A stretch of DNA of 64,000 nt, taken from contig OZ210885.1 of assembly GCA_964658305.1 (NCBI GenBank), positions 22,692,001 to 22,756,000 of the forward strand, in the 5' to 3' direction. This document shows positions 12,678 through 24,017 of this stretch, in pieces. The notes beneath the pieces were generated by a model. It saw nothing but the letters and a program-made list of their open reading frames with translations, did no database searches and was not told where the DNA came from. This DNA is from Leptogorgia sarmentosa (Eukaryota). How positions within the stretch are numbered: the stretch's first letter is position 1; the number at the start of each line of letters is the position of its first letter. Made by a program: the position numbers and the translations under genes.

Positions 12678-15600
12678 AGTAACCGTAAATTCTTCGAAAC
12701 TTTTTTCGAATTGGGAGAAAGTTGAATATAGCTTTTACAGTCAATATAATATTACACAGCAGTGTAATAGCCTTCAACCCACTAGTCACAACCTTATTCT
12801 GCGCACATCATTATTATCCTTGCATATTTTTTTAGAAGACAAATTCATTTTGTATGAACAGGCATACAAAAAACCATCGATTTAGAAATATTTACCTTTG
12901 CACTTGGTAACCACTTTCCTTCTTGCCATCTTTGAAGTTTTAAGGACGATTTCCATATCGTACTTTCTTTCATAATTTTCACAGCGTCTTCAAACTGTTG
13001 TATTGTGGTTGAGTGAGCAATAGAGCAAAGGTAGCGCAGAATCTCATCTCTATCCTGACTTACACCATGGTCAGATTTGCTGATCGATTCACTCCAAGCT
13101 TTCTCTTGATGGAAGTCGCACAAAAAAACAGTGCTTTCTACAATGAATATTTTATATTTTGTTGTGACTAGGATTTTATTGATAATGCTACATGATAATG
13201 ATTCCCGTTCATGGCTCACAATTCCCGCCCATTTTTTCATGCAGACGCAATGTTAATGTCCGAGATCATGTTTTTTCATTGTACTGTATGTTAGGACTCC
13301 AAACAGTTCAACATGTTGTAAATGTGTCCATGTGAATAAGCATTGTTAGCAGTAAAGTGCATTAAAAAATATTCACTATAAAAAATGTATTCAATATTAT
13401 TGTAATTATGTTTAGAAATGTTTTAATGTGATTTCTTTAGAAATTGACCACACTAAACTTACCAGGAAATATAGATTCAATAGCCTGTATCTCCGCATCT
13501 GCAAAATCCACCATAAAGTTCTTTGGTTTCCACTCAGGGTTCCATTTTCGAAATATTTCTAGTGCTTCTTTGATACTTTCAATGTCTTCTTGTTGAATGA
13601 CGAAGAGACCAACAACTTGGTAACAAACATTAGTCTTTACACAAAGAAAAGAGGGGAAGTGCGTATCTTGTTGTTCGATAAGTGGCGTCAAGGAGGCACA
13701 TGTTTCCATATCTTGCAAGTAGACGGCGTTGTTCCTTAGATTGGTAACAAAACAGCAGATTTTTGTGGTGAATAGGAAATGTCATGGGCTTAATATTATC
13801 AATGTCTTCCTCAATGTTATCATCGCCCACCTCAGAAATGGAGGTATCTGAAGGTGTTGTGGCATCATTGGCATCATGAGTATGAGCTCTAAAGAAGAAC
13901 ATGTCGTCTGGTTTTTGTATTTTCCATGTAGTAACCAAGTGTTGAAGGTAATCTTGGTCGATATGAGTGAAACGTTTTTCTCTTTTAATTTTGCTGATTT
14001 CGTTTTTGATATCCTGCTTTCTAGGAAAATATCTTCTTCTTGTTCTGGGTGGAATAGCCTGGTGTTTGAAGAGGTCGTTTTACGTACTGTTCCAGGTATC
14101 TTTTCACATCACTTACTCTTCTAACACTCATCCCAATAAGTTCTGCTATTTTCTCTTTCAGAGCAGGATCTATTGACTCGCAAATACCTGCTGCCTGTAA
14201 GAGAATTTAGAAAAACGTAATTTTGATATACAAATACATGTATCGTGAATCACTAGCAATATTAATAAATGTATGCCTTGTGCAAGTTTATAGTAGGTTT
14301 TCATGTTGGTGGGGTAGCACATTTCGCTATAACTGTTCTATAAATAGTGCTCCACTAATCAATTCATTCTTTAGATTTCCTTCTTTTCACAAGTTTATGT
14401 GTCATGTTGATTTTGCACAGAGGTATAAGCAAAGTTGCCCTTTAGCTGAGAAACGGAACAACGACAATAAATAGGCAGATGTCTTTATAATTACCTCTCC
14501 AACTATGTGATTAGCATGCTCATTTGGCCCTGGCAATTTGATGTAAAATCTTGACTCCGGTTTAGCATTGCCCTCCTTAATAGATTCCCGCAAAATTTTA
14601 GAGCTTTGCTTCCGCAACCATGCTGTGTTACGTAGAACCTGTAACATACAAGTTATCAAGATTCTCTTATAGGTATAAAAATTAACACACGATGACGAAA
14701 CTGAGCCATTACAAGAGTCTAGTAATGGCAACCAGTTACACGATGAGGAACATTATAATGTATAGGAATAGCTCTTTTCTAATAAACATCAATTTTTGTT
14801 GTAATTTTTCATAAGAAATGACGAATTCGAATTAAACTATGGAATTTTTTTAATGTCATTATGGCTTACTTAATTTGAACAGAGAGGGACATAGCCTGAA
14901 ACTCTATCGTGATGGAGTCGATCAAGAAATGATCAGAAAAGTTGGCAAACTATTCGATTAAAAGATCTTTTTCTTTCTGTATAATTAGATATCATTACAT
15001 ATTTACCGTCATAAAACTGTACACTTTATATTCTCATAGTCATAGACGCTTTCTTACCTTATTCTCTGGAAACTTTAAAACATGCTTGATGGAGATAGTT
15101 GCTGGACAATCCTTCTTCTCTGTATTTTGTACGTGAAATCGTTTCTTGAAAGTCTTGTCGTAGCTGTGCTCTACAAACTGAATTTCGAAACACATACCAT
15201 ATTTAGCAAACATGAAAATTACTTTGAAAATTAAATGGATATACTTCATTCATTTCATACCTGGCTACTATCTGATTTTGACCTATTCGCTGCCTTTTCA
15301 GCTTTATGTTTGTCCTTTCCCTGATGACACCAATATATTTTCTCTCCATTCATGATAAAAGGAACTCCGTCAAATGGCAAGCTATGCTTGGTTCCGTTCG
15401 GTGACTCCCAACAAACGTTCTTGTTTGTTAAAATAGCATCTTCAATTAAAGTGCGAATGATAACTAAATTATATGATATAATAATGTGCATACCTCTTGT
15501 ATTACTAAAGCATGCATTGCTGCTGTAGACAACAAAGCGACTCATCGTTGCTTTTTCATACTCGTGTATTACTTGGTCGATCTCGTCAAGTGAACTCACA

Positions 15601-15860
15601 TATCCTTCCTTGTCTGAAAACCAAACTCCTCATCGACTACTATCCAGCAATTGCAGTTCCGCCATATTTTAATAAATTAAATTTCCCGCCAAATCAAGTC
15701 TACACGCGGGCTCACGATTGCAACTTTGAAATTCTTGAATTTGTAGGCTTTGCCGTTCGGATTAGTCGGTTTAAAGCGTATTTTCTTGTAAGTGGTTAAA
15801 ATGTCTTAAGGCCCGTTACATACGTCGAATTTTCTTCGCATCGAATACAGTCACGATTTA

Positions 15861-16044
15861 AGGGCTGTATTATTTTTAGAATTTATGAAATAGGGTTAAT
15901 TAGAATTAGCATGAGAGTTGGAATAAAGTTAGGACATGGTGTGAGGTTAGGATTACGGTTAAGATTAGGGTTAGCAATTTGAGTTAAGGTTAGCATTTTG
16001 GTTAGGATTATAAGACAAAAAGTCTGAAAATAGAAACAACCCCC
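15861..16044. repeat. MITE-like repeat with a degenerate (TTAGGG)-like interior
   Basis: Loose inverted ends gggctgtattatttttaga / tctgaaaatagaaacaacccc around ttagg and ttagc units. Confidence 0.45.
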
Positions 16045-17166
16045 AGAACGTGAAAGGTGTGGTTGCAGAACACAGTTTCTCCAAACCTCTCAAATGCTCA
16101 TTTGTTTGCTGGAGAGAGGGCGAGGTTAATAGATTCCTACAAGAAACCCATTCCCTCTGCCATGCATTCTCTAAGGTGTGTGTGTGTTGTGCTCAAAACT
16201 GGTAACTTTATTTTATATAAATTACACTTTTTCCAGAAAAGTACTAGTTGGTCAGTTTTTCCTGTTCACTATCCCTTGCTTGGAACTTAATCGAATTGGA
16301 ACTTCATGATAGTATTATAAGTCAAAAAAGTGAGATAGATCCTGCTTGTGCTGGGACGGATAGCCTGGTTCAGTATTCTACCAATGGCCTTATAACACAG
16401 AGAGTAGGCAATGCCTCTATGCATCTTTGATAGCTATTTTGCTCCAAACAAAAAAAGTTTTAAATTTCAATTACAGGGAATTAGACTAAGTTCTAAAAAT
16501 AATTTATGCAGTATATATGTGTTGATGTACAGAATCTGAATTGTGTACAAACACTTTTATGCCACACATCAATAACATTAGTGGAAAGGGATCAGATTTT
16601 TTGCACAAGTGGCTAATTGCTAAATAATATATGTCAACCTGTATCTCATACTGCTGTGTGTGTAAATCCAAGGGATTGTTTCCTTTGACATGTTTTTATA
16701 ATTTAATAAATGTGAATGATGAGAAGGTGGGCATTGGAATATAATTATCTGGGATCAAGTGCTGCTCCCTTGGAATATATCATTTTTCAAGGTAATTTTT
16801 TGAGGGATATTCTGGTTGGTAACTGATAAATAATTACATTGAAAGTTTAAGTTTTGTTTAATCTTTGCTGGCTAGAAGCCTGAGCAATTTTCAATTTCAA
16901 GCAGGCCAGGCTGGAGGGTAATTTTTAAGGTAGAAGGTCAAGTCAAGAAGAATATAAAGTGATTATCTCTTGAATATTGCTCAGTCAAAAACCACTAATT
17001 TGAGTGAAAAATCTGAACTGCGAAAATGTTTGGAAAATTCCAAATTTTGATTAATTTTCCTAAAGTAATCTGTTCTCGCGTGTACCACGAACACGAAGAA
17101 AACATGCAACTAGACCCAGACCTCACACAGTCACCCACCTCTCGTCCATCCCCTTTAACCACAACC

Positions 17167-17200
17167 GTTGATCAAGGTGCCTCTCGCGTCAGGTAAGTAT
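17167..17200 (-). ncRNA. U1: U1 snRNA 5' portion (nt 1-34)
   Basis: Minus strand ATACTTACCTGACGCGAGAGGCACCTTGATCAAC: the 5' splice-site-pairing sequence and the SLI 5' arm and loop. Confidence 0.95.
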
Positions 17201-17535
17201 GACTTCATGGTGCATATGATTACCTTTTATACGCTGCAACCGCGAGGAATGCTTGTGGAACGAATGCATGGGGATGAGTTTGTCGTCTGTCGATAGATGG
17301 ATCGATCGATCTCTCGGACTGCACCGTGTTTGCACGTTCCGACAATTCTCAACCCGCAAATTCAATACGAGTATACTAAAAATTCCATGAATGTAAATCT
17401 CGTGAACAGCGATGCTGCTTTGTTGGCCAACGAGCTACCCAAGACTATTATAACATGAATGTGTTAGGCTGTTTACCACCATGCAAGTATAATTCGTGGT
17501 CGCTCATCCGCACTGAATACGTCATATATACATAC

Positions 17536-17979
17536 ATATTATACCTCAAATTCAAATTGTCCAATGAAAACACAGCATTTGTACCACGTGATAGTGTGAT
17601 TTCTTACGGTATTTCACTCAAATTCATGATTTTGCAATCCAGCGTGGGATACTATAATATCCCCTGGCAGATACACCGTGGGATATTATAGTATCCCACG
17701 CTCACGCGTGGGCAACACGCGCCTAGCATAGCTAATTAGCTATGCAAAATGGCAGGCGAGCAAGACTCGGACGAAGAAATAAATAGACTTCTTGAAAACA
17801 ATGATGCAAAAATGTTTTGTTCGGTATAATATATCATTTATAGACCCTCCGCTCGGGGGATTCGGCGCAATATTTCCCTCAGTAATGATATTTTCCTCGG
17901 GGCAAAGCCCCTCGGAAAATATCATCACTTCGTGAAATATTACGCCGAATCCCCCTCGCTCCGGGTCTATAAATGATAA
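17536..17979. mobile_element. Non-autonomous element with a terminal palindrome, inserted in the U2-U1 spacer
   Basis: Absent from the other spacer copy (empty site near 5370). Palindrome of about 145 bp at 17831-17978 (tatcatttatagacc...ggtctataaatgata). Confidence 0.8.
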
Positions 17980-18114
17980 GTATCTCCTGCCAAATAAATG
18001 CCGGATCGCGGCGATGATCTACTACATTTACTGATGTAAAGGCAAGAATAATTTGTTAGAATTTTGAACTGATAGTGGGTGAGAAATCTTCCCCCAATAA
18101 TGAAATTGGGGGAA

Positions 18115-18281
18115 GTGGGCCGTACTCGGAGGTAGTGCAATACCGAGACAACCCATGGCCAGGGCGAAGCAAGCTTCAATCCCATGGCCGAGGTCCAAAA
18201 ATCAGTTTAATATATGAGTTAGGACATTGCCTAACATATCAGATATTAAGCTGATAAGAACAGATACTACACTTGATCTTA
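18115..18281 (-). ncRNA. U2: U2 snRNA gene from nt 22 to the 3' end, disrupted by a Tx1 LINE
   Basis: Minus strand TAAGATCAAGTGTAGTATCTGTTCTTATCAG with intact GTAGTA branch-point pairing sequence, Sm site and SLIII/IV. Confidence 0.95.
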
Positions 18282-21200
18282 TTTTGAGTTGAATGACGAC
18301 GGGCTTGTCGACTCCGACGGTGCAATGGAACCTGGACCCAAACAAGTCGCCGCACCCAGGGGGTCACTACAGGTGACGCGGATCGACGGGTCGTGAGCCC
18401 CTCCCCCGCGCCACGATGCAACCGTGAGTGGCCTGAACGATCCGGTGCTATCCACCTTCACGCCCAGGAATCCCTAACCTAATGATGATGAAATGGTCAG
18501 ATGATGATGTTAAACTAGACGATTACAACATGAGCAGCAACCCCTAGATCAAAACCTGTGCAACCCACTCGGAACAAGTCCAAGGGAACCACAGGGCAAA
18601 AATTGAAACAAACAGACGACCCAATCCGATACAGGCAGTACAACCAATAAAGGCGACCACCAGATCTTCATGGGAGGACAAAGCGAACCAACATTAAAGA
18701 TAAAAACAAATGTGCTGTCCAGTCCAAAGACAACTATAAGAAAACAAACACGTCCAGAAGGCGACGACAGTACAACCACTGAAGGCGACCGTCATGCCCC
18801 TAGACCACACTATTTAAGAGAAAAGGGAGGAGAGAAAGGAGGAAGGAAGAGAAGAGAATCAAGTGATGAAATCACGTGTGAATCTGATCCAGTCCTGCTC
18901 TGTTAGCGTGCCTATAAGTCCGTCTGCCAGCCACTCACAAACAAACCGGTGCCGAGGGCAGTGGTGCTTGTGCATACGCACCAGAAAGCGGAAGGTGGTC
19001 TTAGCTTTCTTCAAAGTGGTGGTGACATCTGGGTTGACATGATCAAACCGACAGGTGTTGCGGTTAAGCCAGATGTGGTGACGGAGCACCCCAATCAGAG
19101 CGGAGAAAACACTGAACACCTCGCAGTGTGCAGCGAACCCAAACAGAATTTGATCTGTCGGCAACGCAGGAGCGGACAGACAAAATTTTAGGTACTGGCC
19201 ACGAAACCAAGACCAGAGAGAGACAGAGAACGGACAACTTGTAAAGAGGTGTAAAAGTGTTTCCTGTTCCCCACAGAAACACAACTCGCATACCAAAGCG
19301 GACCAGTCTGTTAGCTGTTGGTAATATGCCATGGAAATTCAACCAGGCCGTATCCTGAACCGACCGGACAAACCGCCAAAGGTGAAGGCTCGCCCACGCT
19401 GCTTGCCACGGTACATTGATGCCCCAGTTGCGATACTTAGCGACGGAACGGTGCTCGGTAGTCGAAGAGCGGCGAAGAAGGGAGTATGCCGTACTGGCAG
19501 TTAGCTCTTCAAAGGGAAGTAATTGCCCTGAAGGACGAGGGACAACCCATACGCCCTGATCGTTTTGGCCATGCAGAGTGACCCACGCGGAAAGTACACC
19601 CCTATAACATAGGGGAAGTTTTTTAATTAAATAGGCTGGAATCGGACCCGAGCCAAAACGTCAGCAACCGACTGACCAAACACTAGCTCAATATGGTGGG
19701 GAAAAAAGCAGGACCATGGGTGCATGTGGTTAGCAAAAAAGCGACGGAGCCAAACGGCACGAATGGACAAGATCTTATTTGAGATGTCTACAATGTTAAA
19801 CCCACCGTCTCCGATGGGCTGGACCACGGATGTACGTGCCATCCATTCGCGCTTTTTTCCCCAAACAAATGGAAAAATTATTTTATTGATTTAAGCTATG
19901 GTCATTTTTGGCAGGTAAAAAATTGTTGCTTGGTACCAGAAGAGCGACAGCCCCAAGGTATTTACAATAAGCGCTCGGCCCCTAAAAGACAACTGACGCT
20001 GTTTCCATATCGACAATTGCTGTTCTAAATTCGCTACCAAAGTGTCCCAGTCGGCAGATTCGACATTGGCAATCCGACACCCCAACACAGTTATGGCGTC
20101 ACTGGACCAATTGAGCTGTACGGGTAGGTCAACTCTATTCTTCCAAGATCCAAAAAGAAGACCATGATATATATAGCTTTTAGCTATATTCAATTTGCAC
20201 CTGACGCTCGTTCATATTTTTCAAAAAGGGAAAAGAGCGACTGCAGGGCCTGCTCGGAGCGAACAATAATTGAAGTGTCGTCGGCATACTGAAAAATTGA
20301 TGGTCTCTCCATTGAACATTTGGAAACCGTCAATATTGAGGTCCTTTTTTATTGCACACGAAATGGTTTCCGCCACAATTATATATAGCAAGGGAGAAAG
20401 AGGACACCCTTGACGAACGCCGCGAGTATTACCACATTACAAAACCATTAACAAAGATGCGAGAAAAAATGTTGGTGTACAGGAGTTTGACCCATGCACA
20501 AAAGGACGGACCAAAATGCATCTTTTCCAAAGTGCGTAACATAAACCCCCAGTCAACTCGATCAAAGGCCTTCTCTTGATCTAATGATATTATGGCACCA
20601 CCAGTATTGTGGCGATTGCAAAAATTGACTACATCTTGTAATGCCCTGATGTTCAGCCCGGAAAACTGTCCAGGAACACCACAAGCTTGAGATTCTGAGA
20701 TAACAGAAGATAGCACTACTTTAAGGCGATTGGTAAGTACCTTAGATAAAATTTTATAATCTGTGCATAAAAGGGAAATGGGCCGCCAATTCTTGACATC
20801 CAAGCGGTCATTTTTCTTAAAGAGGAGGGAGATTAACCCAGTTCGCTGTGAAAAAGAAAGGGCACCTTGTGCCATGCAATCATTATATACTGCAACTAGA
20901 TCAGGTCCCAAAATGTCCCAGAAGGATTGGTAAAACTCGTATGACAAACGATCAAGACCCGGAGACTTATTGCGCTTGAAGGAATTCAATGCTCGCTGGC
21001 ATTCAGTTAATGTGACCTCTCCTTCACAAAGCTGGGCTTCTTGAGAAGAAAGAGATTTATCTAAACTATTGATGAAAAACGACTCATCCGGGTGAGATAA
21101 AAGAGATGATGAAAAAAGTTGAACATAAAAAAGGCACCAAATTTGTAAAATCGCAGAAACAGATCTTACTATAGTACCGCGTGCATCGCGAATGCCTGTA

Positions 21201-21324
21201 AATAAACGGCGTGATGCCCTCGCTTTCTCCTGTCGGAAGAAAAAGGCAGAAGAAGTTTCACCTTCCTCGGCCCACTGCTCCTTGCCTCGAATGCGCGCAC
21301 CTTCCGCTGCATAGAGATGTTCTA
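18282..21324 (-). mobile_element. Tx1-clade LINE (ORF2 RT, CCHC finger and about 580-nt 3'UTR) with its 3' end at U2 nt 22; 5' part lost at the Tc1-like insertion
   Basis: Motifs 'WAEEGETSSAFF', 'KSPGLD', 'WRPISLLCTDYKI', 'LDQEKAFDRV', QYADDT near 20285, 'CFCGEQETLLHLFTSCP'. Stop at 18859. Ends TCAACTCAAAA|TAAGATCAAG. Frameshifted. Confidence 0.92.
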
Positions 21325-22170
21325 CAGGGTGTATAAAAAAAAAGTTTACTGATGAAAAACATTCTCTAAACTAACGAGCGCTCAAAATTTCCAAAAACGT
21401 TCGGTTAGCATAGGTAGTTTAACACCCTCTGGTATATCTAGCACTGAGTTTATTTTAAAAACAAACTTTTTTAGATTGGGAAATGTGGTTACTGAAAGGC
21501 CCATTAAAAACGGCTTGCACGGAAAAAATAAGTTTTCTTCACGCAATTTGATTTAATCGGTTGAAAATCCTCCTCCACATCATGACTATGGATAACAGCT
21601 GGTTAAACAGAACAAAAAAAAATCGCACTAGTCTAAATCTAATTTAATTTCTGATACTGCAAATACCAACGAAAAATTTGTTGGCTCAAGCGGGATTTGA
21701 ACTCCCAGCTTCGGGTTTCTAGAATCTAGACTATCTATCTGTCTAAGTCGTTAAAGCTTGTCTTGGAGGGCAACGCAATGTTTCAAATTCATTCTATCAT
21801 CCTCAGCGATATGAAAAGCTGATTTCATTTATAATCTCATTTTAATGAACAAAAGTGAGAGTTTAAATCCCACCACAATAACTTTGATTTTATCAACTGT
21901 GTTAAAAAACAGACAAACATAATTACCATCATGGTGATCATTGACCTCTTCCTCCAGTATTGCAACGTTGCTGATTATACTTGATTCTATAATTAAATAA
22001 TTTTAAAACCCATTTCATTTTCATAGACGAAGGTCAAAATTCAAATCACACAAACTGACAAACATAATTACCATCATGGTGATCATTGACCTCACCCTCA
22101 TCAATTGCAGTGTTGTTGCCTGGATTTGATTCTATAATTAAACATTTTAAAACCAATTAGACAACAAGGT

Positions 22171-22346
22171 CGTCGTTAATAATCTTTATCTTTATACAAC
22201 AACTTGGAGGAAAACGAGAAAATGTTCGTCGTTAATAATCTTTATCTTTATACAACAACTTGGAGGAAAAGGAGAAAATGTTCGTAGTTAATAATCTTTA
22301 TCTTTATACAACAACTTGGAGGAAAAGGAGAAAATGTTCGTAGTTA
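22171..22346 (+). repeat. 56-bp tandem repeat, about 3.1 copies
   Basis: Unit cgtcgttaataatctttatctttatacaacaacttggaggaaaacgagaaaatgtt at 22171, 22227 and 22283. Confidence 0.9.
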
Positions 22347-22653
22347 TTTAGGTTCACGTTGTTTTTGACAGGGGAAAATTGATTATCAATCGAACACGTC
22401 GACACAATTGAATGCATTCATTCAGGCTTGAGTAAGTGTGACGTCCGAATTCAAAAGGTCCACCAACACCATTCGCCGAGGATGCTTTCGAGCAAAGCGG
22501 TCAATGTTAAGCCTGTTTCTCACTGAACATAAGCGCAAGCATAAGTATACGCATAAGCGCAACGCCGTGAGGACAGTCAAAACACAAGCATAAGTCTGTA
22601 CGCATGTGTAGATGGTTAAATAGAACCCATTCCCCATAAAATGTTCGTCCAAG

Positions 22654-24017
22654 ATGGAGGACGAACACGAAGAAGACTGTTTGTTGTTGCTTGCGTTAGT
22701 CATAATCTTACGTAGAAGAAGGAGAAGGAGGAAAGAAAATGTAAAACCTAGAAGATTTTGGGTTCGTGATATATTTAGACGTAGAAAAACAAGTAGTGAA
22801 TTTCACAATCTTGTCCGCGAGATTAGACTTGGTGATCGAGAACTGTATTTTAGGTAAGATCAAAGATTTTGTATCTTCGCTCTTCAAAAACAATCACATG
22901 AATAAAGTGTAAACTTTTACTGCAGATATATGCGTATGTCTCCAGAATCTTTCGACCATATTCTATCTTTGGTTGAGCCTTTGCTTACTAAGAAGTCTAC
23001 TACGTTACGTGAACCAATCTCACCAGTCGAGCGATTATCGCTCACATTGAGGTTCCTAGCTTCTGGAAGTAGTCAAATCTCAATGTCCTTTACCTATCGC
23101 ATTGGAAGATCGACTGTCAGCAGAATCATAAGTGAAACTTGTTCTGCTTTATGGCAAGCTTTAAATGAAAAATATTTAAAAGCTCCTCGTTCCCCTGCTG
23201 CATGGAAGAACATATCGGAGGAATTCATGAAACTGTGGAACTTTCCCCCACTGCATCGGTGCGATAGATGGGAAGCACATTGCCATTGAATGTCCCAGTA
23301 ATACTGGATCCCTCTACTAAAACTATAAAGGATTCTTTAGTGTGGTATTAATAGCTGTTTGTGATGCTCACTATGTTTTTAACTTAGTGAATGTGGGAGA
23401 CTTTGGTTCTAATAACGACAGCACAGTCTTAGAAAATTCAGCAATGGGCAAATCATTTGGGCCTTCCTGATGAACAAGATGTGGAAGGCTGCAAAATACC
23501 ACTGCCTTACTTCCTTGTTGGGGATGATATATTTGCATTAAAAACTTGGCTGATGCGATCATTCCCAAGGTCTAAATTATCCGAAAATCAACAAATTTAT
23601 AATTATCATCTATCACCGGCACGACGTGTCATTGAAAATGCCTTTGGTATTCTAAGGGCTAGATGGCAAATTTTCAGCCACCCCATCAAGGGGTCTGTAG
23701 AAAATGTTATAGAAATAACAAAAGCAGCTATTTGTCTGCACAATTACCTCAGGATAACTAGTAGTGCATCATACTGTGCATATGGGTTTGTGGACAGTCA
23801 GGACACAACTGGAAATATTAAACCTGGGGAGTGGAGGTCCATTGTTGCCAATGAAGGAAGTGCACTGCAGAATATGCCTCAGCCTAGAGGAAGCAGATTT
23901 TCAAACTCAGCAATGAAAATTGGAGACGCTCTTGTGGATTATTTGGTCTCGGATGCAGGGTTGCCTCCTTGGCAATGGAATCATGTAGGAAGCAGGGGAG
24001 AATTTCTTAGTGAATAG
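22654..24017 (+). pseudogene. Harbinger (HARBI1/ALP1-like) DDE transposase
   Basis: Intron 22854-22925. Motifs 'ERLSLTLRFLASG', 'IDGKH', 'YFLVGDDIFAL', 'ARRVIENAFGIL'. Has frameshifts and a stop. Confidence 0.9.

Larger units (their letters stand above)
8854..15665 (-). pseudogene. Multi-exon MULE transposase with CaRF-like N-terminus, SWIM finger and C-terminal Ulp1/C48 protease
   Basis: Motifs 'KKDCPATISIKHVLKFP', 'LDATYRTTRYALPLF', 'FMVDFADAEIQAI', 'LCDFH', 'HTNNGVERQNE' (about 11170-11205), SWIM 'CQCADW...LCKH', Ulp1 'WLND...HWV...YDS...Q.GKNDCGLFAIA'. Has an in-frame TGA near 15630 and frameshifts. Confidence 0.85.
7843..17166 (-). mobile_element. Mutator-like (MULE) DNA transposon, about 9.3 kb, inserted in U1 stem-loop I
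   Basis: TIRs of about 150 bp, GGTTGTGGTTAAAGGGGATGG... (7843 to ~7990 and ~17010 to 17166). Perfect 10-bp TSD GTTGATCAAG at 7833-7842 and 17167-17176. Internal MULE transposase. Confidence 0.92.

Noticed and set aside
15890..16010. Interstitial telomere
   Set aside because: Only scattered, degenerate TTAGGG-like units inside a small repeat with inverted ends.
7843..17166. Dada-U1 transposon
   Set aside because: It has long TIRs, a 10-bp TSD and MULE catalytic motifs, unlike the TIR-less Dada elements.
21670..21730. tRNA gene
   Set aside because: Only a B-box-like GAGTTCAAATCCC on the minus strand with no cloverleaf; at most a SINE head remnant.
22171..22346. CRISPR-like array
   Set aside because: Simple 56-bp tandem duplication with no spacers.
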